DNA of 64,000 bases from Amoebophrya sp. A120 (Eukaryota > Protista > Dinoflagellata): contig CAJINV010000001.1 in NCBI GenBank assembly GCA_905178155.1, forward strand, positions 14,381,379-14,445,378, in the 5' to 3' direction. Numbering within the stretch: the first letter of the stretch is position 1; each line of letters starts with the position of its first letter. The notes under the pieces were generated by a model. That model ran no database searches, was not told where the DNA came from, and saw only the letters and a program-made list of their open reading frames with translations. Of this stretch, positions 25,901 to 37,268 are shown piece by piece. The translations under genes were made by a program, and so were the position numbers.

Positions 25901-28900
25901 AGCACCGTGGTCGCAAGCACCTTTACCGTGCGTGGACCTCTCGTGGTCCAGAGGTCCTTTAATTTGTACTAGGGGAAGATTTGTTGGTCGTGTCGCGCTT
26001 GTTGAACAACTTCCTCTCGATGACGATCTCGAGGATTTCGAGGGCTGATAATTGGAACAAAAATTGTCCCGATTCTCATCTGGCTCCTCAGCGACCATGT
26101 GGAACTCGTCGCGTTCCTTGGCGAAAGCTGCCAAAGCTGGCGCGTGTCTTTTCAACAACGCGACCCCATTTTTCGCGCTCAATTGCGGCAGTGGGATGAT
26201 AGAAGTGAAGGTTGCAAAATTTCTGCACGCTGCGAGGGAGTTCGGGAATGTGACGACCTTCAGATCGATATCCGCGGCCGCAGCGGTCCGCAGCAACCGG
26301 AAGAACGCTGCGGCGGCATTTGCGGCACGCAGCAGCGCGTCGACGTCTTTCAAGCACAGGAAAACGAGGGCTGATGTTGAAGCCTTTCGGCTCCGGTTGC
26401 CCTGGACGAATTCTGTCATCTTCTCTCTCAGTGCGTGGCAGAGATAGGGCAAGGCCTTGTCCCAGGTTGCGTAGGTTGCCAGGGAGATGGGAACAGTCCG
26501 GATGGTCGTTGCGCTGCAAGATGAAGCTCCTCTGAGTTTGTCCGCCAAACTAACCACGAGTGCTGTGCGATCATGAAGACCAGAATGCCCGACCAAGTGC
26601 ACCATGTTTTCGCGGAGCGTCTGGTGGATGTGGATCTCCTGTGGAGATTGATCTCTGCCTCTCTCTTCATGCATCCGCGGCTCGTGCTTGTCTTGCTCTT
26701 CGTTGTTCATCGTCCAAAAAAGTGCTTGTGCGATCTGCCACTGCACTACTTCCCTACCGACAGCTGCTGTGTTCGCCATTGGACCGTCATCCTTGGCGGG
26801 ATCTTCAACCACAGGGGTGGCGTCTTCAAGGACTGCAGTAAGCGATAAATCACCGCGCTCCTGCTCTTCCGTCGTTGCGGTTGCGGTTGCCGCAATCGTG
26901 CTGCTAATCTTACCAACATCTACGGGAACATGCTTCACAGTCCACACATCCTGCACCTCTGGGCGCACATCGTCTGGTTGTTGTTCCATTTTCGATTTAT
27001 TTTCAGGTTGTGCGTCATCCAGTTTTGCTTTTGCTTCTGGTGGCCTAGATTGTTGCCCGTGTGGCATCTCAACCTCGTTCAGCACCTTAGACCTGCTAAC
27101 GCCATCATTGTACAGAAGCGGCTGCTTGATGTCCTCTCCACGAGTACTAGTGCTTACTTCGGTTTCAGTTTGTATTCGCGCTGGGCGTGGGAGGGGGAAA
27201 ACTGAAGCCAGAGAACCATCGCGAGAATATTTTTCCTCATCTGAGGCATGAAGGTGCAATTGCTGCTCGGATTCGTATTCCAAAAACTTCTTGACGTGGT
27301 GCCAGTCGTACACGAAGACCGACTTTCCTTCATCTCCTATATATCGCGGTGTAGTTCTACTTTCGTTCTTTGATGATGATCGTTGAACTGCCCTGCTCAA
27401 CAACAGAAACCGACGGGCTTGGGTGGGGAAGGCACGGTGGACTTTCCGGAGAGCAAAACGGAAACAAGACAGTACGGTCTTCGGCTTTGATACTTCTGCG
27501 GTTTTGATGCCTTTGCCAATTCTGAAGCTCGAGCGCGCTGGATTCAGCTTAGTACTTCCACCCGAAGTAGTTTCACTGTAGGCGTTAAGGTACGACGCAT
27601 CCTGCTCGTCCACATTTAGCGCGGCTCCTAGGAAGGCAACAGTGAAGAACAGCGCCGCATCGTCGGTCACGCTTTTGTCCTGTTCGATACAGACTACAAA
27701 GTCGAAACAGGAAAGAAAGTGCTCGCCGATGAGTCGGGACTGACACGCTGGCAGAATGAGGAGACGCGGCGAAGATGAACTGGGAGAACGACCTCCAAAA
27801 CCTTGTTTCACCACATGAAGATCATCCTGGTGCTTCAGACCTCCACCCGCTGGGGCTTCTACAGGTTTTTGCTCACGCTCACCAGAACTGCTGCATGGTT
27901 CCATCTGCTTGTGGTTGCTGACAAGTTTCTGCAAGCTTTGCATGGTCACGCGGAAGGGAACAGCCACATCAACAGCCGGCCCCCTAGGACCTTCTAGAAG
28001 CAGCTCGCCCTTCGATGTCGCGTGACAGGACAGGATGACGATTTCCAACCCGACGCTGTTCCCCTGCCCATACGCAGAGATCGGAGCTCGGTGTGCTCCT
28101 GTTGTACGAGCATTGTCGTGTCGTGGTGCGGATAGTTGATCATGCGCGTTGATGAAACTGGCGGAAGTAGGAGAAGTGCTGCCCCCTTCACACCAAATGA
28201 AATCAATATCTTCTTGCGCGTTCGTTTTATTTTTGCGACCCACGCCCTCTCCGGTGCCGCGAGATGTTGAGCTCTTCTTCGTTACCACCTGCGTCTCCAG
28301 CGTTTCCTCTGTCAGCCGATCGAAATGGCTCTCGGTGCACGTTTGCGCGTTTGGGATATTCTCTGAAAATTAGCAACCCCCATCCAATTTGTCACGCAAA
28401 ACAACATGTAAGCAGAGTCTGTGCCTGTCATGCGAAAAGTGGACGGGGATCATGGTTAATTTTCAGGGAATAGCGGAACAGCTCCGCCAACTGCCTTCTT
28501 TCTTTGTTTTCCTCCAGTTGTGGCAACGGAACCACGTCAAGATGAGACGGCGAGCCTAGTTTCTTGTTGCTGCTGCTTGTGGTTGCTCCTTGTGAAGACA
28601 CTTCATCCTTTTGTTCCCCGTGAGGTGCTTTTTCGTGCGGCTGTCCTCCTATCAACGCCGCAGTGTTCACAGATGCAATCGCACTCTGCACCAACGGGTT
28701 AGCACAGAGGTGCACAACTTCGACCGTCGAGCCAATAAATGTAGGTGGAAAAGGCTGGCTCATGTTGAGAGCAGAACTGCCTACGTTACAACTGGAACCG
28801 GTCTCCGTCCTCCCCGTCTGTTTGTGCGCGTTTGGATCAAATTTGTTTCGCCGTCGTATTTCAACGACCAGGTCGCCAATGGTTTTTTCCCGGCCGCTCA

Positions 28901-28964
28901 TCGTCATCACGTTGTTACTCTGTCTTTCTGTAGCAGTAGCACTGCAGAAGTGAAGCATTTGCAT
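19933..28964 (-). CDS. ~2190-aa CHAT (caspase-like)-STAND/NB-ARC-like-TPR protein split by five TIR introns
   Basis: Six ORF pieces (28428-28964, 25853-28288, 24370-24615, 23253-24407, 20169-22643, 19933-20127) fuse in frame after removing E6, E5, E4, E3 and E2 with one TSD copy each (9032-2468=6564 nt). Motifs: VILSCHA..LLLEG, LPACQS, VTDDAALFF (CHAT); LVGHSGLHDRT, LCLKDVD, LPQLS, CGNYPAVI (STAND); GPRHPSTA, HHRHVSSAHSNLAGAL (TPR). Confidence 0.75.
19994..20290. mobile_element. TIR introner E2 (297 bp, TSD TCTGG), family A
   Basis: tctgg|tatgcattgcaactatgtctgggtct...agacccagagatatttgcatttgata|tctgg; removal gives CAQ|TMERIT in frame. Confidence 0.9.
22643..23303. mobile_element. TIR introner E3 (661 bp, TSD CTCCA/TTCCA), family A with nested insert
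   Basis: tatcaaatctaaaaatgtctgggtctgg...ccagacccagacgcagacatatttgcaacgcata; colinear with E7 except for ~400 bp extra; removal (666 nt) gives LLE|TDAEQ in frame. Confidence 0.9.
22736..23138 (-). mobile_element. Nested ~400-bp insert with (TTCA)n tail, possible SINE/non-LTR retroelement fragment
   Basis: Absent from sister copy E7; ends in gagtgaatgaatgaatgagtg; internal hairpin gacgacaca-cgc-tgtgtcgtc. Confidence 0.45.
24343..24482. mobile_element. TIR introner E4 (140 bp, TSD CTGGA), family B
   Basis: ctgga|tgttctctgaaaat...attttcaggtgata|ctgga; removal (145 nt) restores CGNYP|AVIRK. Confidence 0.88.
24635..25863. mobile_element. TIR introner E5 (1229 bp, ~39-bp TIR, TSD AAGCA)
   Basis: aagca|tactacgttgaaaatttcaagaataagaaaacgagcaaa...tttgctcattttcttattcttgaaattttcaacgtagta|aagca; removal (1234 nt) restores frame; internal direct repeat ttcccactggaaaaattttcaagaatgaa at ~25152 and ~25243. 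Confidence 0.9.
28357..28472. mobile_element. TIR introner E6 (116 bp, degenerate TSD TGGGA/GCGGA), family B
   Basis: tattctctgaaaatta...taattttcagggaata; removal of 121 nt fuses ORFs 28428-28964 and 25853-28288 in frame. Confidence 0.8.
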
Positions 28965-29842
28965 GCAAGGTTCACAATCATGCTCACGGTATCTATTTGA
29001 TGCCTGTGTCTATTTCATAGTCATCTTCTGGTGGAACAAGAACGACGTTGTAAAATCAAAATCAAAACTGTTCTCGTCGTGCCTGCTTCTCACACTGTAT
29101 TCATGTCGCGTTTTATTTATATTTTGTTTTTGGTTTATAACGCAACTTACGGAAAAAAAACGCCACACGCGCTTGATCTTCAGCTCTGACACAGCAGATG
29201 ATGATGCAGACTTGGATTATTCTTTATTGATCCAGTCTCAACAATCGCAACTCCAGTATTGGAAAAAAAGCAACGACTGCTTGGAACATCTTCACAATAC
29301 CTTTAACTTTAAAGGAACCTCCCATCGTCTCGTTGGCGTTGAGCGAGGGGGTTCTTGTTCCCTCGGTTTTATATTTATTTCTTGAAGCCGACGTGGCGTC
29401 CATTTTCACATGCGAAAATATGACGCCGGGGTCGCTGAGGCAAAAAGTACGGTCGCAAGGGTCTTTGAAGCATCACTTTGACTTATTCCATAGTGTGCCA
29501 GCACATACAGCCAGCTTACACGGCCGCAACCGTGTCGAGGGGGCGGGGGCCGAAGGCTTGTTGCACAACGACAAGAATAATGGAACGCTTCCAAGTTGTG
29601 GATGTTGTGGTGGGATAAATTGCGCAATAAATGTGAATTATGTCGTGTTTTGATGTGGACGAAAACTAGACCAATAGTGTGCCGTTGAACGGCAACGGAT
29701 CAATCGTGTACGTAGATCCATGGGTCGTTGTTCCACCGACATCTAGAAGTCGTGAGACGATTCAATGTCATCTCGCAACCAGGCGAGCCAAGACAGAGTT
29801 TGAGGGGAAATGAAGTTGGTCGTCGCTACGTATTAACTTTCG

Positions 29843-32009
29843 TCAGATATCGGGCAGAGCCGCGGCGCTGGAGTTGTTGCTCCAACTTGTCGTGTTGCCG
29901 TAATGAGAATGACCGCCACCAGCACCAGAAAACATACTTCCTCCCCCTACAACTGGACCCCCGCCACCGCCGTGCGTGCTCGCAGCAAGAGGGTCATCGA
30001 ACGCCGTTCGCGGGGACAGTCCGGTCGCGCTGCTGGGGTTGTTGTGCAGTAATGAGCCATAGGGACTCGGCTCAAACTGCTGCTGGGCCGGAGGCAGAGG
30101 TAGAGCTCCTTGTCCTGCACCTGGGCCTGCATAATGATTGTCGGAAAACATGCTCGGATTTTTCGCGGAGCTCCAGTCGTCGTCAAAATTGACGTTGCCA
30201 GCGTTGTGACTCCCGTTGGTCGCGATCGGGACATTGTCTGACCACTCGTCTTCGTGGTCGTCCATCCCCTCGTCCGAAATCATGACCGTTCGCCTGACCA
30301 TGGCCCGGCCCACGGCGCCCACCCAGCTCTCTTTCTCGCTGGGTGACTCCGCGCAGAAAAAGAAAAACTTGCCGTCCTTCTGTATCAAATGCAAATATGT
30401 CTGGGTCTGGGAAGTAGGAAGATTTGTCATGCTAGTCTGGCATGACTCTGAACTATGTATTGCGCGGCCGCAAAGGGCCCCTCTTGCCTGTCATGCAAAA
30501 ACGCACTTTCTCATGCGGAGTACGCAACCCAGAACCACGGAAAAACTTGCCATGCTTGGCAGCGCATTACAATGTGCTCACTATTCCCTTTCTTGCATCA
30601 CAAGTTCCAGACCCAGACATATTTGCAATGCATATTCTGCCGCTGCAGGCAAAACGAGTTCTCGAGGTTCGTTTCGTGATCCGCGGATCGCTATCCTGTG
30701 GAAAAGTATCGCACTCGTATTGCAGTCATGCATTACAAATCTTGTTCTTAAGCTAAATCCGCATTGGAAACACAAGACTACAAATCTAGCTTATCTATCT
30801 TGGAAAGGAAACGCAGTGACTTGGGTGGATGTTGGTCATGTGATCTAAACCCCAGCCCCTGATCTAGCCTGCCAACCTCTATAGCTGACATACAGGATCT
30901 GAATGCCTCTGATGATCTGCATAGGGTCCCAAATGCCGTATGATGACATAGGATCCACATAGGAGATGATGGTATGAAATGCATACCCATAGACCATAGG
31001 ACAGATGATAGGAATGGATATGGAATGGCATAGGGATCGCTATGGATCTGGATAGTGCAAATGACTATGATCCGATATAGTAGATTGATGATGATTGCCT
31101 ATGCCGTGACATAGGAGAAGGACCATGAGAATCGTACGAATCCTGACAGGATGTAACGCAGCAAGAGACATACGTCGCTTGCGTGCTTGTGCATGTAGTG
31201 AATTGATACCGGAAAGGTGTATTGTCACAGAGGTTGACAGCGTGAGTGCTCAGGTGTTCGTCTTGTCCACTAACAGTGGAAGATTACGTCTAAAGACTTT
31301 TATATTCCCGTTTATCTCACTTTTTTTAACTTTTTTTATAAAACTTAACACCCGTTTTTTATTTATTTTTGTACAAAAAAAGTATTTATTTCTCATGCTG
31401 AGGAAATCTGTGATGCATTTATACGAGTACGATACTTTTGCAATGCATAGTCGCACAGTCATCATCTGACCAAAGTTCACCAGCTCCGTCGCGTCACTCC
31501 ATCGGTAAAGCTCGCAGGGCCCCTCCCGAAAGGTCGCTAAACCTGCAAAATTCAGGTTGTTGTACGTTCTTTCATCGAGGATCATTGCTATTCTTATTCA
31601 TTCTTTCATCCACGGTTGTACTACGTCAAGAGAGAACCAGTCGATTTTTTGCACGTGTCAGATAAACCAGATCCACCTAGGGCGAACGCGACGATTCACC
31701 GTCGCCTAAAATCACGCCAGGAGGTGCTTAGAAGGCCTCCACTGGATTGATCTACGAACAACTTCATCTCAATTCTCCAACTGCAACTACATCTACTGAG
31801 AAAAATCAGCCGCAAAAAACAGTACAGTCTCTGGTGAGAACGACGTATCGCCTTCTCCATTCCCGGACATTACGGCTTTCCTTTTGGAGCCAGCCCTCCT
31901 TTACGATGTCGCTGCGACTTATGATGGGATCGCTTCCGTCGTCGTTGGCCCGCCCATTTCCAATGAAAGTATTAACGGTGTCCGCCAAGGCCCCGAGGAG
32001 GGAAGACAT
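29843..32009 (-). CDS. PH-domain protein, 4 exons (one canonical intron, two TIR introns)
   Basis: Reassembled PH domain: KEGWLQKESRNVREWRRRYVVLTRDC|LATFREG..MMTVR|SADHETNLENSFCLQRQK|DGKFFFFCAESPSEKESWVGAVGRAM. Confidence 0.88.
30383..30634. mobile_element. TIR introner E7 (252 bp, TSD TTCTG), family A
   Basis: ttctg|tatcaaatgcaaatatgtctgggtctgg...ccagacccagacatatttgcaatgcata|ttctg; 21-bp perfect inverted core. Confidence 0.92.
30692..31449. mobile_element. TIR introner E8 (758 bp, TSD ATCGC/GTCGC) with internal degenerate minisatellite
   Basis: tatcctgtggaaaagtatcgcactcgtat...atacgagtacgatacttttgcaatgcata; removal gives TVR|SADHE in the PH domain; 30840-31150 is rich in catagga/gatc/gatga units. 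Confidence 0.85.
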
Positions 32010-33421
32010 TTTGCGCTTAAGAAGATCGGGGGTGTGTGATCGATGTAGTACCGCTGGCAATAAAGATGAACTTCTGATATTAATACAGAGCAAGAGGAGC
32101 TGTAGAGCAGAAAGTAGCTGTAACAAAGCGAGTGAAGGGTATGGGGCACAACAACTCAACAGAGGTCGCTATATCTAAAAAAGAGAAATCAGGTCGTAGA
32201 GGCTCGGTCGTTTCTTACAATCTGCCTGCTGTTCATGTGTGGTCACAGATATGTAGATGTGCATACAAACCCATTTAGATGAGGTCTGTCCTTTCCAATT
32301 CCATTTGTGTTCTTGGAGCTAGACTAATAGATAATAACACTCAACAAGGCGTTGGATACGAGCTAGGGTTGAAAGATCAATTTGAAGATGAGTTCTTTCT
32401 TGCCTCACACAGGACTGTGCTACACAGCAATTCTTCATACATCCTAAGAGACTCGCTGGTGCAGTCTCATGGTGCAGATGTATTTTCATCAACCGAAAAA
32501 TCCTGTGCTTTTTTAGAGGCTCAGGTACCGAACTTTGAAGTGATTTCGCTGGTCTAGATTTTGATTTGTCGACACCACAGGCAAAGTAGAACCGAGTGAC
32601 CTCTTAGACGTGTGTGCGTAGAGTGTATTTTCAGAATACAAACACCTTCGACCGACTTTCGCTCTGGTATGGATCTCAATTCCTTTGCATAGCAGTCTTC
32701 TTGCTGAGAGGTGGAGGACTTCCAGCTTTTTATTGTGTCCACGAACTCCACGCTGGAAAACAAAAAAGTCCATGCCGGCTCAAGGACCTTCGACGAATCA
32801 ATTTATCGTCGTCGAGTGGCCGATGACATTGCAGTTCCATAAACAAATGAAAATTCCAAACAAAAAACCTTGCGCTATTCTGTGAGATTGTGTGCATCGA
32901 CGTATGTAGAGAAAATGCAGGACATGATTATGGAGCAACCGTACTACGGAAGCAACGCACTCGTGTGGGGAAGGGGGTGCAACAGAAGAACGGAATACGA
33001 TCCTCCAGGAGACAAGAGCAATTTGGGATGGCAAAACCTTCAGGGAATATATGACACAGAAATAAAGGGGTACTCAATACGGAAACAGATGCCGCTGTCA
33101 TGGTGAGGGTTGGTGGAGCTTGATGGTGCCTCAACAGAGAAAGATGTTGAAGAGCATGAGCGCCGCAAAGGGCTTGTTACAAAGCAACATATTGAAAATA
33201 CTCCGTATCTAGCGGGACTCTACTTTCACGCGGGTCAACAACGATAGAGCAATAGAGTGGGGGAAAGGGATAGGGAATGGGAAAACAAAAAAAAACCTGT
33301 GAGCGATATAAAATTTATTTTTTTATCTTTTGTCCTGGGGTTAGGTTAGTACTTTTATGCAGCGCGCTTCTTCTCGTTCTCGACACCCCGGAGCATCAAT
33401 GGCTCGAAGTAGAAAGGTTTT

Positions 33422-34681
33422 CTACTTGCGCCAACCAAAGGTGGTCGAGGCTCCGATGATTGCCGGATCACTCGCGTTTTTCTTCAAGTTATACTTGTCC
33501 TTGGATCGCCACGGTGCACTGCCCAGCGTGTACCGCGCGCTTCGGCGGAGAGTGCAATCACTCAGTTTGTCGCCCGCTTGATGGAAGGTGCCTGATTATA
33601 TTTATACGATTTCTTTGGTCAGATTTTTTGCGAAAAGAGCACGTATTCAGTATTGACAGGGATTCCCTACGTACTTCGCAGCAAAGAAACAGAAAGCGCG
33701 AACAGATTGAGATTTGCAGTATCAACACGCCCAAGAGGCTCTGTCTTAGCGTTCCCAAAACGTCGCCCACGACGCACAACCATGAGAATGAACGACGAAC
33801 GATTTTTTGAAATATCTATTGAGTGAACAACACAAGAAATCGTGTGAAAAGCTGTACTTGGAATCGGGTATTTTCCCGGTCCTGTGGATGGGTCGCCCTC
33901 CTTCGGCATCTTGACGCCTGGTGGAAGGCCAGTGCGCGGCTCCGTTGGCGTGAAGCCGAAGAGTAGCTGCGGCTCCACCGCTTTGTGGTTCACTTTGTAC
34001 TTGTCAAAACCGGGCGTGTCTTTCTTGCTATGCGGCACTTCGTTAAACATGTGGTGGCGCTCGGTAAATGCCGGACAGAAATCTGACCGGTAGGTGTTGT
34101 GACACTTGCTGGTGAAGTTTCGCGTGTCGTACACGGGTGGGTACACGCGAGCGCTCGCTTTCTTTTCTTTGATCTGTTCCTCCAAGTCGTGCGCGTGCCA
34201 CCCGACCGCGTGCGTCTCGGACCCCATAAACGTTGGCAGCTTCGCCTTCCAGTAGTCCCCGCACTCAGCCATTTTCGAAATATACTTTGAGGGACCTGTC
34301 GTGGTATGGAAATAAAGAATTCTCATAAGGCTTTTGGGAAAGAAGTTAATTATGAAGATACTTTTTACATACCATGACGAAATTGAATTTCTGAGTCACC
34401 AGCAATCATAATCAACAATCATCAACAAAGAGAGAAATGCAGCGAGCAAAAGCCATGATCACGAAGCAAGAAGCCGTACCTGGAAATCGTGGCGCCGTTC
34501 CGAAAACCGCTCGTGCTGGCTTCATTTGCCGCCCGGAATACGTCCCCCGCATGTCGAACAAATAGTTCGGACCGGGCTTGGGTTTCGCATCCGGCCAGCG
34601 TCCCTTCAGACTGTAGGCAGGACTGGAGTTGGTAGTGCTCAAGGCACAAAGATTCGGCGTTCCGGGAAGAGAAACCGACAT
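33422..34681 (-). CDS. ODF3/SHIPPO (sperm-tail PG-rich repeat)-like flagellar protein, 3 exons
   Basis: SPAYSLKGR, KPGPNY, FGTAPRF, TPGFDKY, TGPGKYPIPS motifs; canonical GT-AG introns join the ORF segments. Confidence 0.65.
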
Positions 34682-35494
34682 CTTCGGATCGAGTTGTACT
34701 TGTAGTGAGTCACCTCTTGTCAATAAAATCACACGATCAAAGTTAGTTTTGTTTGGCCACAAAAGACACGAAGACAATTTTTGCGTAACTACACTGTCAA
34801 GGGCATCAACAGGAGCTGTAAGAAGGAGAACAGAAAAAACTGGATGTGGAAATCACGACCACGAAACTCAAACTTATAGCTACTGAAGAATTATAGGTAG
34901 GATGACGAGTATATCTATAGGCTGTGGGAGCAAAAGGTAAGCGCAGGCGGGCAACTGCAACAGCTTGAACTTTTCACAAACGTGGCCTCAAGGAGTTAAC
35001 TTTCAAAGGATTGCGCAGGAAACTTCTTACAGACACAAACTAAGCCAATGGAAGCGGCACGGACAAGAACGAAGCTGGTGGAACGACCTGAACGATCATC
35101 AACAACCAGGTGCACGAAATCAACAATGAGAATTTATAAATCTTATGTATTACAATGTCCGTGAACCGCGCAGCATCGGCCTGGATTTACAACTTTTTCA
35201 TATCTTGAGGAGCTGCAGGAGCTGCACGACGATCACGACGCGGAAAACGAACTGATGGTAGTACGAGATGAAAGTACGAAGAGGTAAATGAACGAAGGAT
35301 GGCACTATCGCAAGTTGAACACGAAAGCTCGCCCCATTAAATTTTCAAGAGGACAAACCTCCATGTGCAAGTGCGCGGTGTGTTTAGAAGACCTTACCAC
35401 GACAACGATGATATGGTCGCATTGATGAACTGTCGTGTTTTACTTTCATTTGAGATGCGCTTTCAGGTAAGTACTCGGGCCGAACTTTTCAAGT

Positions 35495-35535
35495 GTAACA
35501 CAGATTTGTAGCAATTTGCTACAAATCTGTGTTAC
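35495..35535. repeat. Perfect 20-bp palindrome with 1-nt spacer
   Basis: gtaacacagatttgtagcaa-t-ttgctacaaatctgtgttac. Confidence 0.9.
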
Positions 35536-36027
35536 TTTGCCAAAGCTGTTCAATTTATTTCGTGATGTTGCGCTGGCGCTACTCACAGATACAGCTACAG
35601 CTAGGCTGCTGTAAATAGGATTTTGTACTTGATGTCCTGCGTAGTTCGCGACTTGTTCGTGCTGTGTTTAGCTGGTGATTACTTCTACCTCAGTGTCAGT
35701 GTTGAGACAGGAAAGCTAAATAGCTCCTCGCACTCGCTAGCTACTTGAATGAATGCAAGAGCGAGGACCTAGGATACAGTGCGTCCTCCATGCAGTTGTT
35801 ATTTTTTAATCGTACCACGGGCGGGGATTCAGGATGTTAGTCTAAGTAAAAATAAGTGTGTTCTTGAAAGGATACGCATCGCTGTACTGCGCTGTGAGAA
35901 CTCGACAATGTGCGCGGAGCTACACGGTCACTACCGTCATAGCTGTTCTCTGCTCGGATGCAGTCCGACTTCGAGTTGCTGCAGGAATGAACAATATCAA
36001 TATGTATCTGCTTCAACATGTTGCATG

Positions 36028-36752
36028 TTACCACTTTTCCACACCGTCCTCGATCTGTTTGCGCATTTCGCGCAAAAAGACCACCAGGTCGTTGTTCTCC
36101 TTACCCTCGCGACCAGCGGCCACAGCTTCCACCCAGCCGTCGAGCTCGACTTGAGCGGCTTCCGAGTTATCTGCAAAGGCGACGCTGAATTCCTGCGCGT
36201 CCGCGATAGTCTCTTGCAACCGAGATTCCGCTTTTGCGATGAGCGCCTCGTAGTCCTGACTTTCTTTTAACCCAGCAGCTGCGCTAAGCCGCATCGCCAT
36301 AACCGCATCCTGAGAATAATGTGAATTTCCACTGGAAAATGTTCTTTCTAAGTTCTAGGTGGAGGATCCAGATGCTGTTTTATCGATCCTACTCCGAGTT
36401 GTCGCACTGTTGTTCCGCATCGATTAGCCTTTCCTCCTGTGGTAGCAGTGCACATCATGGAAGATGAGCAACCCACCCGCACTGCCGGGCGACTGCTGGA
36501 GAAATATGAGTATGATGTTTTTGCATTTGAGCACAACTTACGGTGAGAAAAGGTGAATTTTTAAGGTACCCGGAGCGTGGTGGCATTACCGACGGTTTCT
36601 TCGACTTCAAAAGCAGCTTTGGCAGCTTCGTACTCGGCAAGGTCGCACTCCTCGTCTTCGGCGCAGCGCGCTGCGATCTTGCCCCACCGCTCCAGCTTCC
36701 CCGTGGTGAAGGCCACCTTGCCAACATCGTCCAAATCTTCCCACTGGCCCAT
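36028..36752 (-). CDS. Small acidic helical protein, possibly tubulin-folding cofactor A-like, 2 exons
   Basis: MGQWEDLDD..TTGKLERWGK..|DAVMAMR..KESQDYEALIAKAESRLQETIADAQEF; canonical intron ~36311-36569; only weak resemblance to TBCA. Confidence 0.4.
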
Positions 36753-37268
36753 CTTGTTCTGGTATGTCTTTCTCTTGAACGAATACGAACGGGGGCTGAT
36801 GTCGATCAATTCTACTTTTGTTTCTCTGCCAGATATGTCTCAGGAAAAAGGACAATTACCCTGCTGGGATGCTACTGGGTAAAAGCTTATATTCGAAGGA
36901 AATACTGCGACCGATGGATGAACAGACTACGACAACCACTAGAGCTAGTAGATAGACCGATCGAGATAGAAATAGAATTCAATAACCGAGGCATAGATAA
37001 CATGCCCCCGAATCCGAAAGTGAGATTACCGAAAAGGTACTGATAATAGGTGATTTTGTTTGTTGCCAACGTCGGAGGTCTTTCGAAAAGCACCTATTCT
37101 TTATCCATCCAGGACCGACCATGGTGCGCTTCATCCGACCGCTGTTCTCTACCATCCGAGGATAAGTATGAAGGCGCATGAACATGATGTGCACCACCAT
37201 GATGTATTGTCCTGCGCAACTTTTCGATGTCACGCAAAAATGCAACTATCTTCATATCTGTTCAATTT

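Noticed and set aside
32620-32642. Half family-B TIR (attttcagaata)
   Set aside because: No partner TIR or TSD found nearby
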